From Candidatus Omnitrophota bacterium (lineage in GTDB: Bacteria > Omnitrophota > Gorgyraeia > Zapsychrales > Fredricksoniimonadaceae), in NCBI GenBank assembly GCA_044225175.1, contig JBGAJA010000003.1, forward strand, positions 69,428 to 133,427: a stretch of DNA of 64,000 bases. Direction: 5' to 3'. The position numbers and the translations under genes were made by a program. Position 1 is the first letter of the stretch; each line of letters starts with the position of its first letter. The notes beneath the pieces are model-generated. The model saw nothing but the letters and a program-made list of their open reading frames with translations. It made no database searches and was not told the origin of the DNA. Positions 43,018 through 52,340 of the stretch are shown in pieces.

Positions 43018-43863
43018 GTGATGGATGAATTCCTCCATGTGATGATGTTTCCTTTTTTAGCGTGCCTCATCCTTGTGGCTAGTCATGCATATTTGGGTTT
43101 TCATGTGATTGAGCGTCAGGTCATTTTTGTTGACCTGGCGCTAGCCCAAATTGCTGTACTAGGGGCAAGTGTAGCTCTGGTGATAGGGCATGACCTCAAT
43201 AGCTCTCAGGCCTACTGGACTTCTTTGGCCTTTACAATGGCAGGAGCAGCTATTTTCTCTTTAACGAGGTTAAAGAATGAACGTGTTCCCCATGAAGCCA
43301 TCATTGGGATTACCTATGTTGTTTCGGCGGCCTTATTAATTTTAGTACTAAGCCGTTCGGGAGAAGGTGATGAACATATCAAAGAAGCACTAGTCGGAAA
43401 CATTCTATTAGTCAGTAAGCCCGAATTGATCCGTCTAACAGTTATTTATACAATCCTTGGAGTTATTCATTTCTTTTACCGTAAATATTTCTTTATGATT
43501 TCTAGTGATCCTAATGCTGCATTTGCCAAAGGATTGAAGGTTCGAGGGTGGGACTTTCTATTTTATTTAACTTTTGGTGTGGCTGTGACTAATTCTGTGA
43601 GGATCGCAGGAGTTTTGTTGGTTTTTTCCTATCTGGTTGTGCCGTCCGTCTGTGCCATGTTTTTAGCTAATAATTTGAAAAGCCGCTTACTTATAGGATG
43701 GATGATTGGACTTGTTGCCAGTGTTCTAGGAATGGCCTTTTCTTATTACCTAGATTTTCCAACAGGTGCCAGTGTGGTATGTATGTTGGGATTGCTTTTA
43801 ATTGTCGTAGTGGTTCTCAAGAAAGTTTTAAGAATTAATCCTGAAGCAGGATATCGGAATTGA
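43018..43863 (+). CDS. Metal ABC transporter permease (ABC-3/ZnuB-like)
   Basis: 8-9 TM permease pattern immediately downstream of the SBP gene. No cognate ATPase gene adjacent. Confidence 0.65.
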   Translation: MMDEFLHVMMFPFLACLILVASHAYLGFHVIERQVIFVDLALAQIAVLGASVALVIGHDLNSSQAYWTSLAFTMAGAAIFSLTRLKNERVPHEAIIGITYVVSAALLILVLSRSGEGDEHIKEALVGNILLVSKPELIRLTVIYTILGVIHFFYRKYFFMISSDPNAAFAKGLKVRGWDFLFYLTFGVAVTNSVRIAGVLLVFSYLVVPSVCAMFLANNLKSRLLIGWMIGLVASVLGMAFSYYLDFPTGASVVCMLGLLLIVVVVLKKVLRINPEAGYRN

Positions 43864-44920
43864 TCTCTTTGAGATTTTTACAGCCGCACAAGGCCATGGC
43901 AATTTCCAACTCATCTCGCAGTAATTTAATTGCATGAGCCACACCATAGGCCCCATTGCAAGCAAGAGCATAGACCAAAGGTCTGCCTACCATGACGGCT
44001 GAAGCGCCCAAGGCAAGAGCCTTAAGAATATCTGTGCCCCTTCTAATGCCACCATCAACAATAATGGGCATGGACCCATTGATCACGCGAACTATTTCAG
44101 GTAGTAGTTCGGCAGTGGGTGCAACCGTATCTAAGATTCTGCCGCCATGATTGCTAACAATGATTCCTTTGGCTTTATATTTCTTTGCAAGCCTGGCATC
44201 ATCAGGATGGGTGATCCCTTTCAGAAGGACAGGCAATTTAGTATGGGAGATAAGCCATTTAAGACTATCCCAATCAGGAGCATAAGACATGATATCTAAA
44301 ACAGTATTGAGTCGCTCTTGATTGGAAGGTGCTCTATTCAGGTCTTTTAAATGCACAGGAGAAATTCCTGGTGGAAGACGAAAGCCAGCTCGTCGTTCCT
44401 CATCGCGGCTTCCATTGATAGGGGCATCGACCGTTAATACGATTGCCTCATACTTTGCTTCTTCTACTTCTTTGATCAACTGACGATTAAAAGCTTGATC
44501 GTGTTGTAAATAAAGTTGAAACCAAAGAGGCCCGCGTTCGGCTTCATTAAGAACAATTTTGGCAATTTCTTGCAAGGGGGTGCTGGTTTGAGTGCTTACG
44601 GTGACTCCTACTCCTTGAGCTGCTGCAGCTGTAGCCAGTGCAGATTCTCCCTCTGGATGGGCCAAACGCTGGTAAGCCATAGGGGCAGAAAAAATAGGAT
44701 AGGGGCATCGTTTACCTAATAACATGCTATGGGTATGGGCTCCTTTAAAATTCTTAAGCACCCGAGGATTTAATTGGATATTGGCCCAAGCTTTCAGATT
44801 GGAATGTGCTGTTAACTCATCTGCAGCCCCGCCATTAAAATAGGCCCAAATATCTTTGGGTAGAATTTTCTGGGCCTGCTTCTCGTAATCCATGAGATTG
44901 ATATATTGATTGGGTGTCAT
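43835..44920 (-). CDS. FMN-dependent alpha-hydroxy-acid dehydrogenase/oxidase (L-lactate dehydrogenase LldD / glycolate oxidase family)
   Basis: Family hallmarks SNHGGR and GGIRRGTD, plus the overall length. Confidence 0.75.
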   Translation of the reverse strand: MTPNQYINLMDYEKQAQKILPKDIWAYFNGGAADELTAHSNLKAWANIQLNPRVLKNFKGAHTHSMLLGKRCPYPIFSAPMAYQRLAHPEGESALATAAAAQGVGVTVSTQTSTPLQEIAKIVLNEAERGPLWFQLYLQHDQAFNRQLIKEVEEAKYEAIVLTVDAPINGSRDEERRAGFRLPPGISPVHLKDLNRAPSNQERLNTVLDIMSYAPDWDSLKWLISHTKLPVLLKGITHPDDARLAKKYKAKGIIVSNHGGRILDTVAPTAELLPEIVRVINGSMPIIVDGGIRRGTDILKALALGASAVMVGRPLVYALACNGAYGVAHAIKLLRDELEIAMALCGCKNLKEINSDILLQD

Positions 44921-45075
44921 AAGTCAAAAGATTATATATCTTTTCTTGAACTGTATAGATATTTTTTGTCATGAAGAAAGCAGGATTTTCTTTTGTTTGA
45001 CCATGCATGGTATGAATGATAAAGTTACCATCCTTTATGTGTTAGACCAAAATAAATGAAAATTTCAGGTGCAAG

Positions 45076-47130
45076 ATGAGTGAATTGATTTTTTTGCAAG
45101 ATATGGCTATTGTTATGGTCGTCAGCGCTGTGGCCATGGTTATTTGCAATCGTCTACATTTACCTGTTGTTTTAGGATATATTTTAGCAGGCCTTTTGAT
45201 TGGTCCGCATACCCCGCCGTATTCTCTTGTCACAGATATCCACAGCATCCATACTTTGGCCGCATTAGGTGTCATATTTCTTTTATTTTCCATTGGACTT
45301 GAATTTAGTTTTACAAAATTGTTAAAGGTTGGAGCAGTTGCGTTTGTCGCATCTACGTTTGAAATTATTTTGATGGTGTGGATTGGATACTCTTTAGGTA
45401 AATGCATGGGTTGGAAACAAATGGATAGCTTGTTCTTGGGAGCGATTTTATCTATTTCGAGTACGACTATTATCGCTAAGATTTTGATGGAGAATAAAAA
45501 GCTTAATGAGAAATTTGCTCAAGTCATTCTGGGGATATTGGTGGTAGAGGATTTATGGGCCATTGTTATCATAGCACTGCTTTCGGGTATTGCCACGACG
45601 GGAGCTTTGACATTGGGCGCTATCAGTTTTTCGATGGTCAAAGTCTTTATTTTTATTGGAGGCGTCCTGTTTTTTGGATTTTTATGTGTGCCACGATTAC
45701 TCCGATACATTGAGCGCCTGCAAAACCAGGAAATGATGGTCGTTATTGTGCTTGGTCTATGTTTTGGTATTTCTCTTTTAGCAGCTAAAGCAGGTTTTTC
45801 TATTGCTTTGGGGGCTTTTCTCATCGGCGCGGTCATTGCAGAAACTAAGCAAGGCCATTCCATCGTCTCAAGTATGGGATCAATACGGGACATGTTTACG
45901 GCCATCTTCTTTGTTTCTATAGGAATGCTCATTGAGCCCTCCGTGCTTGTGCAGTATTGGCTTCCTATTCTTCTGATAGCCTTGATCACGATTATAGGTA
46001 AAGTTTTTAGCTGTTCTTTAATCACATTTCTTACAGGCCATGATTCACAGACATCTATGAAGGTTGGCTTAGGGTTAGCCCAGATCGGTGAATTCTCTTT
46101 CATTATTGCTCAACTGGGTTTGGATACGAATGTCACGAGCTCATTTCTTTATCCGATCGCGGTGTCTGTTTCAGCACTGACAACTATCACGACACCTTTT
46201 TTAATGAATAATTCCACCTCTATTATTAAACAAATCAAGCGGTTTGCCCCCAAGCCTATTTTAACTTTCGGCCATTTTTATCCTTCATGGATATCTAAGA
46301 TCGGTGGTACGGATGTGAGCCAGCAGAAGAAAATGGTGATACTGTTGGATATCAAAAAGTATTTACCAAAGTTTATCCTTTATACAATGTGTGTAGTGGC
46401 TGCCTATTTTATGGGAAATACCTACCGCCATATCTTTAGCCAATTTAATGACAATGTTTTTTGGAGCATCATTACCTTGTTATCTTTTCCTTTTCTCATT
46501 GGTTTTGTCCATACTCTAGACAAGATGCTTTGGGAGGGGGTGTTTTTGAACCTTGTTAAGTCCAAGAGTGAGATCTATAAGGTCAAAGAAACGGAAGAAT
46601 TCTTTCACAGTACAATTCGTTTTATGGCAGCTATCACAAGCGGATTAGTTTTCATTTTTGTAACCTCTTTTATCATTCCAACGATTCCCTTGACCGTTTT
46701 TATTATTGTTCTGGTTGTGTCCACAGGGGGGTTCTTCTGGAAATCCACTAGCCGAGTCCATGAGAACATTGAAAAGGCTATATTAGGGGTCATGGATTAT
46801 GAGAAACCATTAAATGAGGAACAAGCTAGATCTACCCACGATCAATTAGTTGACTTGATCCGCACTAACTATCCATTATCTTTTGAAACCCAAGACGTAC
46901 TTTTACCTTATGAAAAATGTGCCGTTAATAAAACGATTAAGGACCTTGATCTGCGGTCTAAAACAGGGGTAAGTATTGTCGGTATCTATAGGGAAGAAAA
47001 AACTATTCCTAATCCTTCTGCCCAAGAAGAGCTTTTGCCAGGAGACGTTATTGTGATTATAGGCACACAGGAGCAAATTAAGATGGGAATGCAATATTTA
47101 CAAGAAAAAATGAGGGAACTTTCTGACTAA
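45076..47130 (+). CDS. Monovalent cation:proton antiporter-2 (CPA2, KefB-like) with C-terminal TrkA-C (RCK_C) domain
   Basis: Na+/H+ exchanger-like TM core, and a C-terminal segment SIVGIYREEKTIPNPSAQEELLPGDVIVIIG typical of RCK_C. Confidence 0.7.
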   Translation: MSELIFLQDMAIVMVVSAVAMVICNRLHLPVVLGYILAGLLIGPHTPPYSLVTDIHSIHTLAALGVIFLLFSIGLEFSFTKLLKVGAVAFVASTFEIILMVWIGYSLGKCMGWKQMDSLFLGAILSISSTTIIAKILMENKKLNEKFAQVILGILVVEDLWAIVIIALLSGIATTGALTLGAISFSMVKVFIFIGGVLFFGFLCVPRLLRYIERLQNQEMMVVIVLGLCFGISLLAAKAGFSIALGAFLIGAVIAETKQGHSIVSSMGSIRDMFTAIFFVSIGMLIEPSVLVQYWLPILLIALITIIGKVFSCSLITFLTGHDSQTSMKVGLGLAQIGEFSFIIAQLGLDTNVTSSFLYPIAVSVSALTTITTPFLMNNSTSIIKQIKRFAPKPILTFGHFYPSWISKIGGTDVSQQKKMVILLDIKKYLPKFILYTMCVVAAYFMGNTYRHIFSQFNDNVFWSIITLLSFPFLIGFVHTLDKMLWEGVFLNLVKSKSEIYKVKETEEFFHSTIRFMAAITSGLVFIFVTSFIIPTIPLTVFIIVLVVSTGGFFWKSTSRVHENIEKAILGVMDYEKPLNEEQARSTHDQLVDLIRTNYPLSFETQDVLLPYEKCAVNKTIKDLDLRSKTGVSIVGIYREEKTIPNPSAQEELLPGDVIVIIGTQEQIKMGMQYLQEKMRELSD

Positions 47131-47293
47131 ATAAGCCCCTATTAAGCTAAAGTCTCTTCAACTTGGCTTGTAGAGGTTTGAATAAGATTCTGTTTTAATT
47201 CTATTTTCATCTATGCTTTATTTTTCCTATATTAAAATCTCTTAATTTTAAAGAGGCAGATATGTCTACTAATTTTATTTTTAGGAGCCGGGG

Positions 47294-48772
47294 ATGACAC
47301 AATCCAAATGCAAAACAGGTATTGGTGAGTTGGATAATATTTTAAATGGGGGGTTACCTCTTCATCGATTTTATCTTATTCAAGGAGACCCTGGGGTCGG
47401 AAAAACAACATTGGCTTTGCAGTTTCTTTTGCAAGGTTTAGCTGAAAAGGAGAAGGTTTTATATATCACATTATCTGAAACCAAAGAAGAGATTCAGATG
47501 GTCGCTCAATCACATGGCTGGTCTTTAAATGGGGTAGAGGTTATAGAACTTTCTACCTTAGAGGAAAACCTCTCTCCTGAGAAACAGAATACCCTTTTTC
47601 ATCCCTCTGAAGTCGAATTAAACCAAACCATTAAATTAATCCTAGATAAGGTCAAAGAATTTAAACCTTCTCGAGTCGTATTTGACTCTTTATCAGAAAT
47701 CCGCCTTTTATCACAAAATTCATTGCGTTATCGAAGGCAGATGCTGGGTTTAAAACAATATTTTGCTAAACTTAACTGTACTGTGTTGGTATTAGATGAC
47801 TGTACGGCAGGAGAAGAGTTACAGATTCGAAGTATCGCTCACGGGGTCATTATTCTTGAGAAGAATATCTTGGAATATGGAGTTTATCGTAGGCAGTTAC
47901 ACGTAGATAAAATTAGAGGAAGTCTTTTTAGAGAGGGGCATCACGATTTTATCATTCGTCCAGGCGGAATCTCTGTATTCCCTCGCTTGATTGCGAAAGA
48001 AAATAGCAAGACGTTTGTGAGGGAAACTGTTTCTACAGGCTTAAGAGAGTTTGATGATCTTCTAGGAGGAGGAATGCAAAGAGGAACGAGTAATTTGTTC
48101 TTAGGACCTCCGGGGGTTGGAAAATCTACTTTGGCTATGCGTAGTGCAGTTGCTTTAGCTGATCGTGGAGAAGATGTTTCAATCTATTGTTTTGATGAAA
48201 ACATAGGAACATATACTTCGAGAGCTGCAGCTTTGGGCATGGATATGAGTAAATATATAAAATCGGGGAAGATAAATATTACACAAATTAATGTCTCTGA
48301 GCTTTCGCCAGGAGAGTTTGCTTACCAAATCAAAGAGAATGTGGAGAAGAAAAATACAAGGCTAGTCATTATTGATAGTTTAAATGGATATCTAAATGCC
48401 ATGACTGAAGAGAGTCATCTCATTGTTCAACTCCATGAATTATTTGCGTATTTAAGTCATCAGGGAGTTATTTCTATCTTAATTGTAACCAATCAGGGTC
48501 TGTTTGGCAGTGCTATGAGTACCCCTGTTGAAGCAACTTACTTAGCGGATACAGCGGTCATCCTGCGGTTTTTTGAGACAAGGGGGGCTGTGAAAAAAGC
48601 TATTTCTATCATTAAGAAAAGAAGCAGCAGTATCGAAGATTCTATTCGCGAATTTAGCATTGATAAAGATGGCATTCAGATTGGAAAACCGCTCATCGAA
48701 TTTAAAGGTATTTTAACAGGAAATCCGACTTATTATGGGCTAGAACAGGATATTCTAAAAAGGACTTCATGA
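47294..48772 (+). CDS. kaiC: KaiC-like double RecA-fold ATPase (circadian-clock protein KaiC homolog)
   Basis: Two P-loops: GDPGVGKTTLALQF and GPPGVGKSTLAMRS. GIGELDNILNGGLP and TGLREFDDLLGGGM are KaiC/RadA-like motifs. Confidence 0.75.
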   Translation: MTQSKCKTGIGELDNILNGGLPLHRFYLIQGDPGVGKTTLALQFLLQGLAEKEKVLYITLSETKEEIQMVAQSHGWSLNGVEVIELSTLEENLSPEKQNTLFHPSEVELNQTIKLILDKVKEFKPSRVVFDSLSEIRLLSQNSLRYRRQMLGLKQYFAKLNCTVLVLDDCTAGEELQIRSIAHGVIILEKNILEYGVYRRQLHVDKIRGSLFREGHHDFIIRPGGISVFPRLIAKENSKTFVRETVSTGLREFDDLLGGGMQRGTSNLFLGPPGVGKSTLAMRSAVALADRGEDVSIYCFDENIGTYTSRAAALGMDMSKYIKSGKINITQINVSELSPGEFAYQIKENVEKKNTRLVIIDSLNGYLNAMTEESHLIVQLHELFAYLSHQGVISILIVTNQGLFGSAMSTPVEATYLADTAVILRFFETRGAVKKAISIIKKRSSSIEDSIREFSIDKDGIQIGKPLIEFKGILTGNPTYYGLEQDILKRTS

Positions 48773-50799
48773 AACTAGAAGAGCGTGTTCTTATTCTTGC
48801 CCCATTGGGAGACGATGCTCAGAATGCTGCAAATGTGCTTAGTCAATCCAATATTTTTGGCGAAATTTGTTTCAATTTAGAGGAATTAAACCAGAAATTC
48901 TTGAAAGGAGCAGGGGCTCTTATAATTACCGAAGAATCTTTAACGCATTTAGAAACAATGACTTTTATAGATTCATTGAAAGGACAGGAAAAATGGTCTG
49001 ATATTCCAATCATTATTATTACCAGTGGTGGAGAAACTACTGCTTTAAGTGTATCTATGATCAATTTATTTAGCGGGGTTGGAAATATTAATCTTTTGGA
49101 AAGGCCATTGAGGAAAATCACTTTAACATCCGCTGCGCAAGTAGCCTTGCGTACTCGGCAAAGGCAATTTCAAATGAAAGATTTATTAGAGGCCCACAAG
49201 AAAGCGGAGCAAGAAATTATACATTATGCCAATGAACTTCTAGAAGCTAATAAAGGTATGGAGCTGTTAGCTTCGATTGTATCTTCCTCAGATGATGCCA
49301 TTATCAGTAAAAATCTTGAGGGAATTATTATTAGTTGGAATATTGGAGCTGAAAGAATCTTTGGTTATAAGGCCCACGAGGTTATTGGTAAGCCTATCCA
49401 TATATTGTTTCCTAAGGACCGCTTCAACGAGGAGCCTGTTTTCTTAGAGCGGATCAAAAAAGGAGAAAGAATAGACCACTATGACACTGTCCGCCAATGT
49501 AAAGATGGGCGCCTAGTGGACATTTCTTTGACTATTTCACCCATTAGAGATGACAAGGGGGTCATTATTGGCGCCTCCAAGATTGCTAGAGATGTTACTC
49601 AACGCAAGAAACAAGAAAAGGAATTAAGAAGCCTCACCTTTCATCTAGAACAACGTGTGGAAGAGCGCACACACCTTTTGGAGGAGCAGGCTGAACGTCT
49701 GAGGCAATTGGCAGTTGAATTAACTGAGGTCGAGCAAAAAGAGCGCCGTCGGCTGGCTGAAGTGTTGCATGATCATTTGCAGCAATATTTGGTTGCAGCC
49801 AAGATGCGACTAGAGATGGTTGAACGTAAGGCAATTAAAGTTGATAAAGGGGGACTTGAGGATGCTCGTTTGTATATTGAGAATGCTATCGAATCTTCTC
49901 GTGTGTTAACCGCAGAACTGCGTCCCCCCGTACTTTATGAGGGTGGATTAACCGCAGGGTTACGTTATTTAGGTCAGAAAATGCAAGATCAGCATAAGCT
50001 GCGGGTCCATCTTTCCTTCTTAGAGGACATAGAGCCTGGTTCTGAATTGATCAAAGTCATGGTCTATCAATGTGTCCAGGAATTGCTATTTAATGCGGTT
50101 AAGTATGCCAACGTTAATGAGATTTTTGTAACAGCGACTAGGCTAGAGAAGAATCATATCCAGGTTAAGGTAGAAGATCATGGGGTTGGCTTTAATGTAA
50201 AGAGCCTAGGAAACAATACGACTGGTGGTTTTGGCTTATTTAGTATTCGAGAAAGAATAAAAGCCTTAGGGGGGGAATTTAAAATATCATCAATACCGCA
50301 GGAAGGTTCAGTATTTACTCTTATCGTTCCAGATAGAATCCCAGTCCCTGTTATAGGAAAAATAGATTTCAACGAAGAAAAATTATTTATGCGAGAAAGA
50401 GTACATAAAGAAGGAATAGTTGTGCTGGTTGCTGATGATCATTTAATTGTTCGACAGTCTATAGCCAGTCTTTTGATGTCCCAGACATTTATTAAGGAGG
50501 TTATTGAAGCGGGAAATGGAGAGGAAGCGATACGAAAAGCTGAATCTTCTGATCCTGATATCATTCTTATGGATGTGAACATGCCTATCATGAATGGTAT
50601 TGAAGCAACTAGAGTTTTGAGTAACAGAAAATCTCGTTCTAAGGTGATAGGTCTTTCAGTACAAGCCAAAAGTGAGATGGCACAAGCCATGAAAGATGCA
50701 GGTGCAGTTGCTTACTTCAATAAAGGTGACAACACGACTAGTTTGATTGATGCCATAAGAGACTTGGCCTACCCGCAATTGCCTTCTTCAAATAATTAA
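48769..50799 (+). CDS. Hybrid sensor kinase: receiver-like N-terminal domain, PAS, HisKA_3-type dimerisation domain, HATPase_c, and C-terminal receiver
   Basis: ATGA overlap with kaiC. H-box RRRLAEVLHDHLQQYL (NarX/HisKA_3 type). C-terminal REC domain VLVADDH...ILMDVNMP. The N-terminal 120 aa are receiver-like, but Glu replaces the acceptor Asp. Confidence 0.7.
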   Translation: MKLEERVLILAPLGDDAQNAANVLSQSNIFGEICFNLEELNQKFLKGAGALIITEESLTHLETMTFIDSLKGQEKWSDIPIIIITSGGETTALSVSMINLFSGVGNINLLERPLRKITLTSAAQVALRTRQRQFQMKDLLEAHKKAEQEIIHYANELLEANKGMELLASIVSSSDDAIISKNLEGIIISWNIGAERIFGYKAHEVIGKPIHILFPKDRFNEEPVFLERIKKGERIDHYDTVRQCKDGRLVDISLTISPIRDDKGVIIGASKIARDVTQRKKQEKELRSLTFHLEQRVEERTHLLEEQAERLRQLAVELTEVEQKERRRLAEVLHDHLQQYLVAAKMRLEMVERKAIKVDKGGLEDARLYIENAIESSRVLTAELRPPVLYEGGLTAGLRYLGQKMQDQHKLRVHLSFLEDIEPGSELIKVMVYQCVQELLFNAVKYANVNEIFVTATRLEKNHIQVKVEDHGVGFNVKSLGNNTTGGFGLFSIRERIKALGGEFKISSIPQEGSVFTLIVPDRIPVPVIGKIDFNEEKLFMRERVHKEGIVVLVADDHLIVRQSIASLLMSQTFIKEVIEAGNGEEAIRKAESSDPDIILMDVNMPIMNGIEATRVLSNRKSRSKVIGLSVQAKSEMAQAMKDAGAVAYFNKGDNTTSLIDAIRDLAYPQLPSSNN

Positions 50800-50887
50800 G
50801 CTATACAGAAAAGTTGTTGTATGGCAACAGCTCGTTGTATATACTCATTTTCTAACATTAAGTTTCAGAAAATTGAGTTTCTCCCAC

Positions 50888-51634
50888 ATGATTACAACAA
50901 ACAAGATTACAAAATTCTTTGGTTCCTTCCAAGCTCTCAAGGATGTCTCTTTTGAAATTAAAAAAGGAGAGATCGTTGGGTTCTTAGGACAAAATGGTGC
51001 AGGTAAGACAACATTAATGCGCATTTTGACATCCTACCTTCCAGCTTCATCTGGTTCTGTAATCGTAGATGGTAAAGACCTGAGTAAAAGTTCTTTATCT
51101 ATTCGTCAAATAATTGGGTATTTACCCGAGACCCCGCCTCTTTATATGAATATGACGGTGAAAGACTATTTGAAATTCGCAGCAGAGATCAAAGATATCC
51201 CTGTTAATAAATTAACTCGTCAGCTAGACAAAGTTTTAGAAGAATGCCAGCTTGTGGATGTTAAGAATAAGACAATAGGCATACTTTCAAAAGGGTATAA
51301 ACAACGGGTGGGAATTGCCCAAGCAATCATCCATGAACCAAAGCTTTTAATTTTAGATGAGCCAACCAGTGGTCTTGATCCTATACAAAATCTTCAGGTA
51401 CGTAAACTCATCAAAAGCCTCAAAGATGAACGAACAGTCATTCTAAGTACTCATATCTTGTCGGAAATTGAACAAATTACCAAACGTGTGATGATCATAA
51501 AATCTGGAGAAATTATCGTGGATGATTCTCTTGATGTTCTTCTTGGAAACAATCAAGATGATCTATCTAAACGTTTAAGCTTAGAAGAATTCTTTGTGAA
51601 ATGTCATATGCAAGCAGGGGACGTCCATGAGTAA
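50888..51634 (+). CDS. ABC transporter ATP-binding protein (ABC-2 type, GldA-like)
   Basis: Walker A GQNGAGKTT; signature LSKGYKQRV; Walker B LLILDEPTSGLD. A TTG at 50873 is an alternative start. Confidence 0.8.
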   Translation: MITTNKITKFFGSFQALKDVSFEIKKGEIVGFLGQNGAGKTTLMRILTSYLPASSGSVIVDGKDLSKSSLSIRQIIGYLPETPPLYMNMTVKDYLKFAAEIKDIPVNKLTRQLDKVLEECQLVDVKNKTIGILSKGYKQRVGIAQAIIHEPKLLILDEPTSGLDPIQNLQVRKLIKSLKDERTVILSTHILSEIEQITKRVMIIKSGEIIVDDSLDVLLGNNQDDLSKRLSLEEFFVKCHMQAGDVHE

Positions 51635-52340
51635 AACGATGATCATTGCCAAAAAAGAACTGTTGTCTTATTTCAAATCGCCTATTGCTTATATTATTCT
51701 GATTTTGACCATCTCTATTTTTAATATATTTTTTTATATGATCATTGATCAGAACAAGGAAGTTGCTTTGAAAGATGTTTTTCAGGTGATGGAGTTTATG
51801 TTTATCTTTTTAATTCCGTTACTTACTATGGGTGCTTTTGCTCAGGAGAAAGCCAGCGGTACGATGGAATTTTTAATGACAGCGCCTTTGACGAATAGCG
51901 CCATTGTTTTTGGAAAATATATTGGAGCTTTGATTTTTTTCTCAAGCCTGGTTGTTATGACATTTGCGTATTATGGCATTGTTGAATATTTTGGAACGCC
52001 TGATCGCCTGACAATCCTGACAGGTTATATGGGTGTTTGGTTGGAGGGAGCATTCTTTCTATCTGTCGGTATCCTGACATCTTGTTGGACGCGTAATCAA
52101 ATTGTCGCTGCCATTTCTTCCTATGCCATCTTGTTTTTTTTATATTTCTCGACTGGTTTTCTTAAATACTTTACAGGATCCATGGAAGTTATGATTCGTG
52201 CGTTAGGGACAGGAAGTCATTTAGAAAATTTGGCTGTAGGCATTATTACTGTTTCAGATATTGTTTACTATCTCAGTGGGATATTGGTATGCCTGTTTTT
52301 AACTCGTTTAAGTATTGAAAATAGATTATGGCAATCATGA
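51627..52340 (+). CDS. ABC-2 family permease (GldF-like)
   Basis: 6-TM pattern overlapping the ATPase stop. Confidence 0.65.
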   Translation: MSKTMIIAKKELLSYFKSPIAYIILILTISIFNIFFYMIIDQNKEVALKDVFQVMEFMFIFLIPLLTMGAFAQEKASGTMEFLMTAPLTNSAIVFGKYIGALIFFSSLVVMTFAYYGIVEYFGTPDRLTILTGYMGVWLEGAFFLSVGILTSCWTRNQIVAAISSYAILFFLYFSTGFLKYFTGSMEVMIRALGTGSHLENLAVGIITVSDIVYYLSGILVCLFLTRLSIENRLWQS

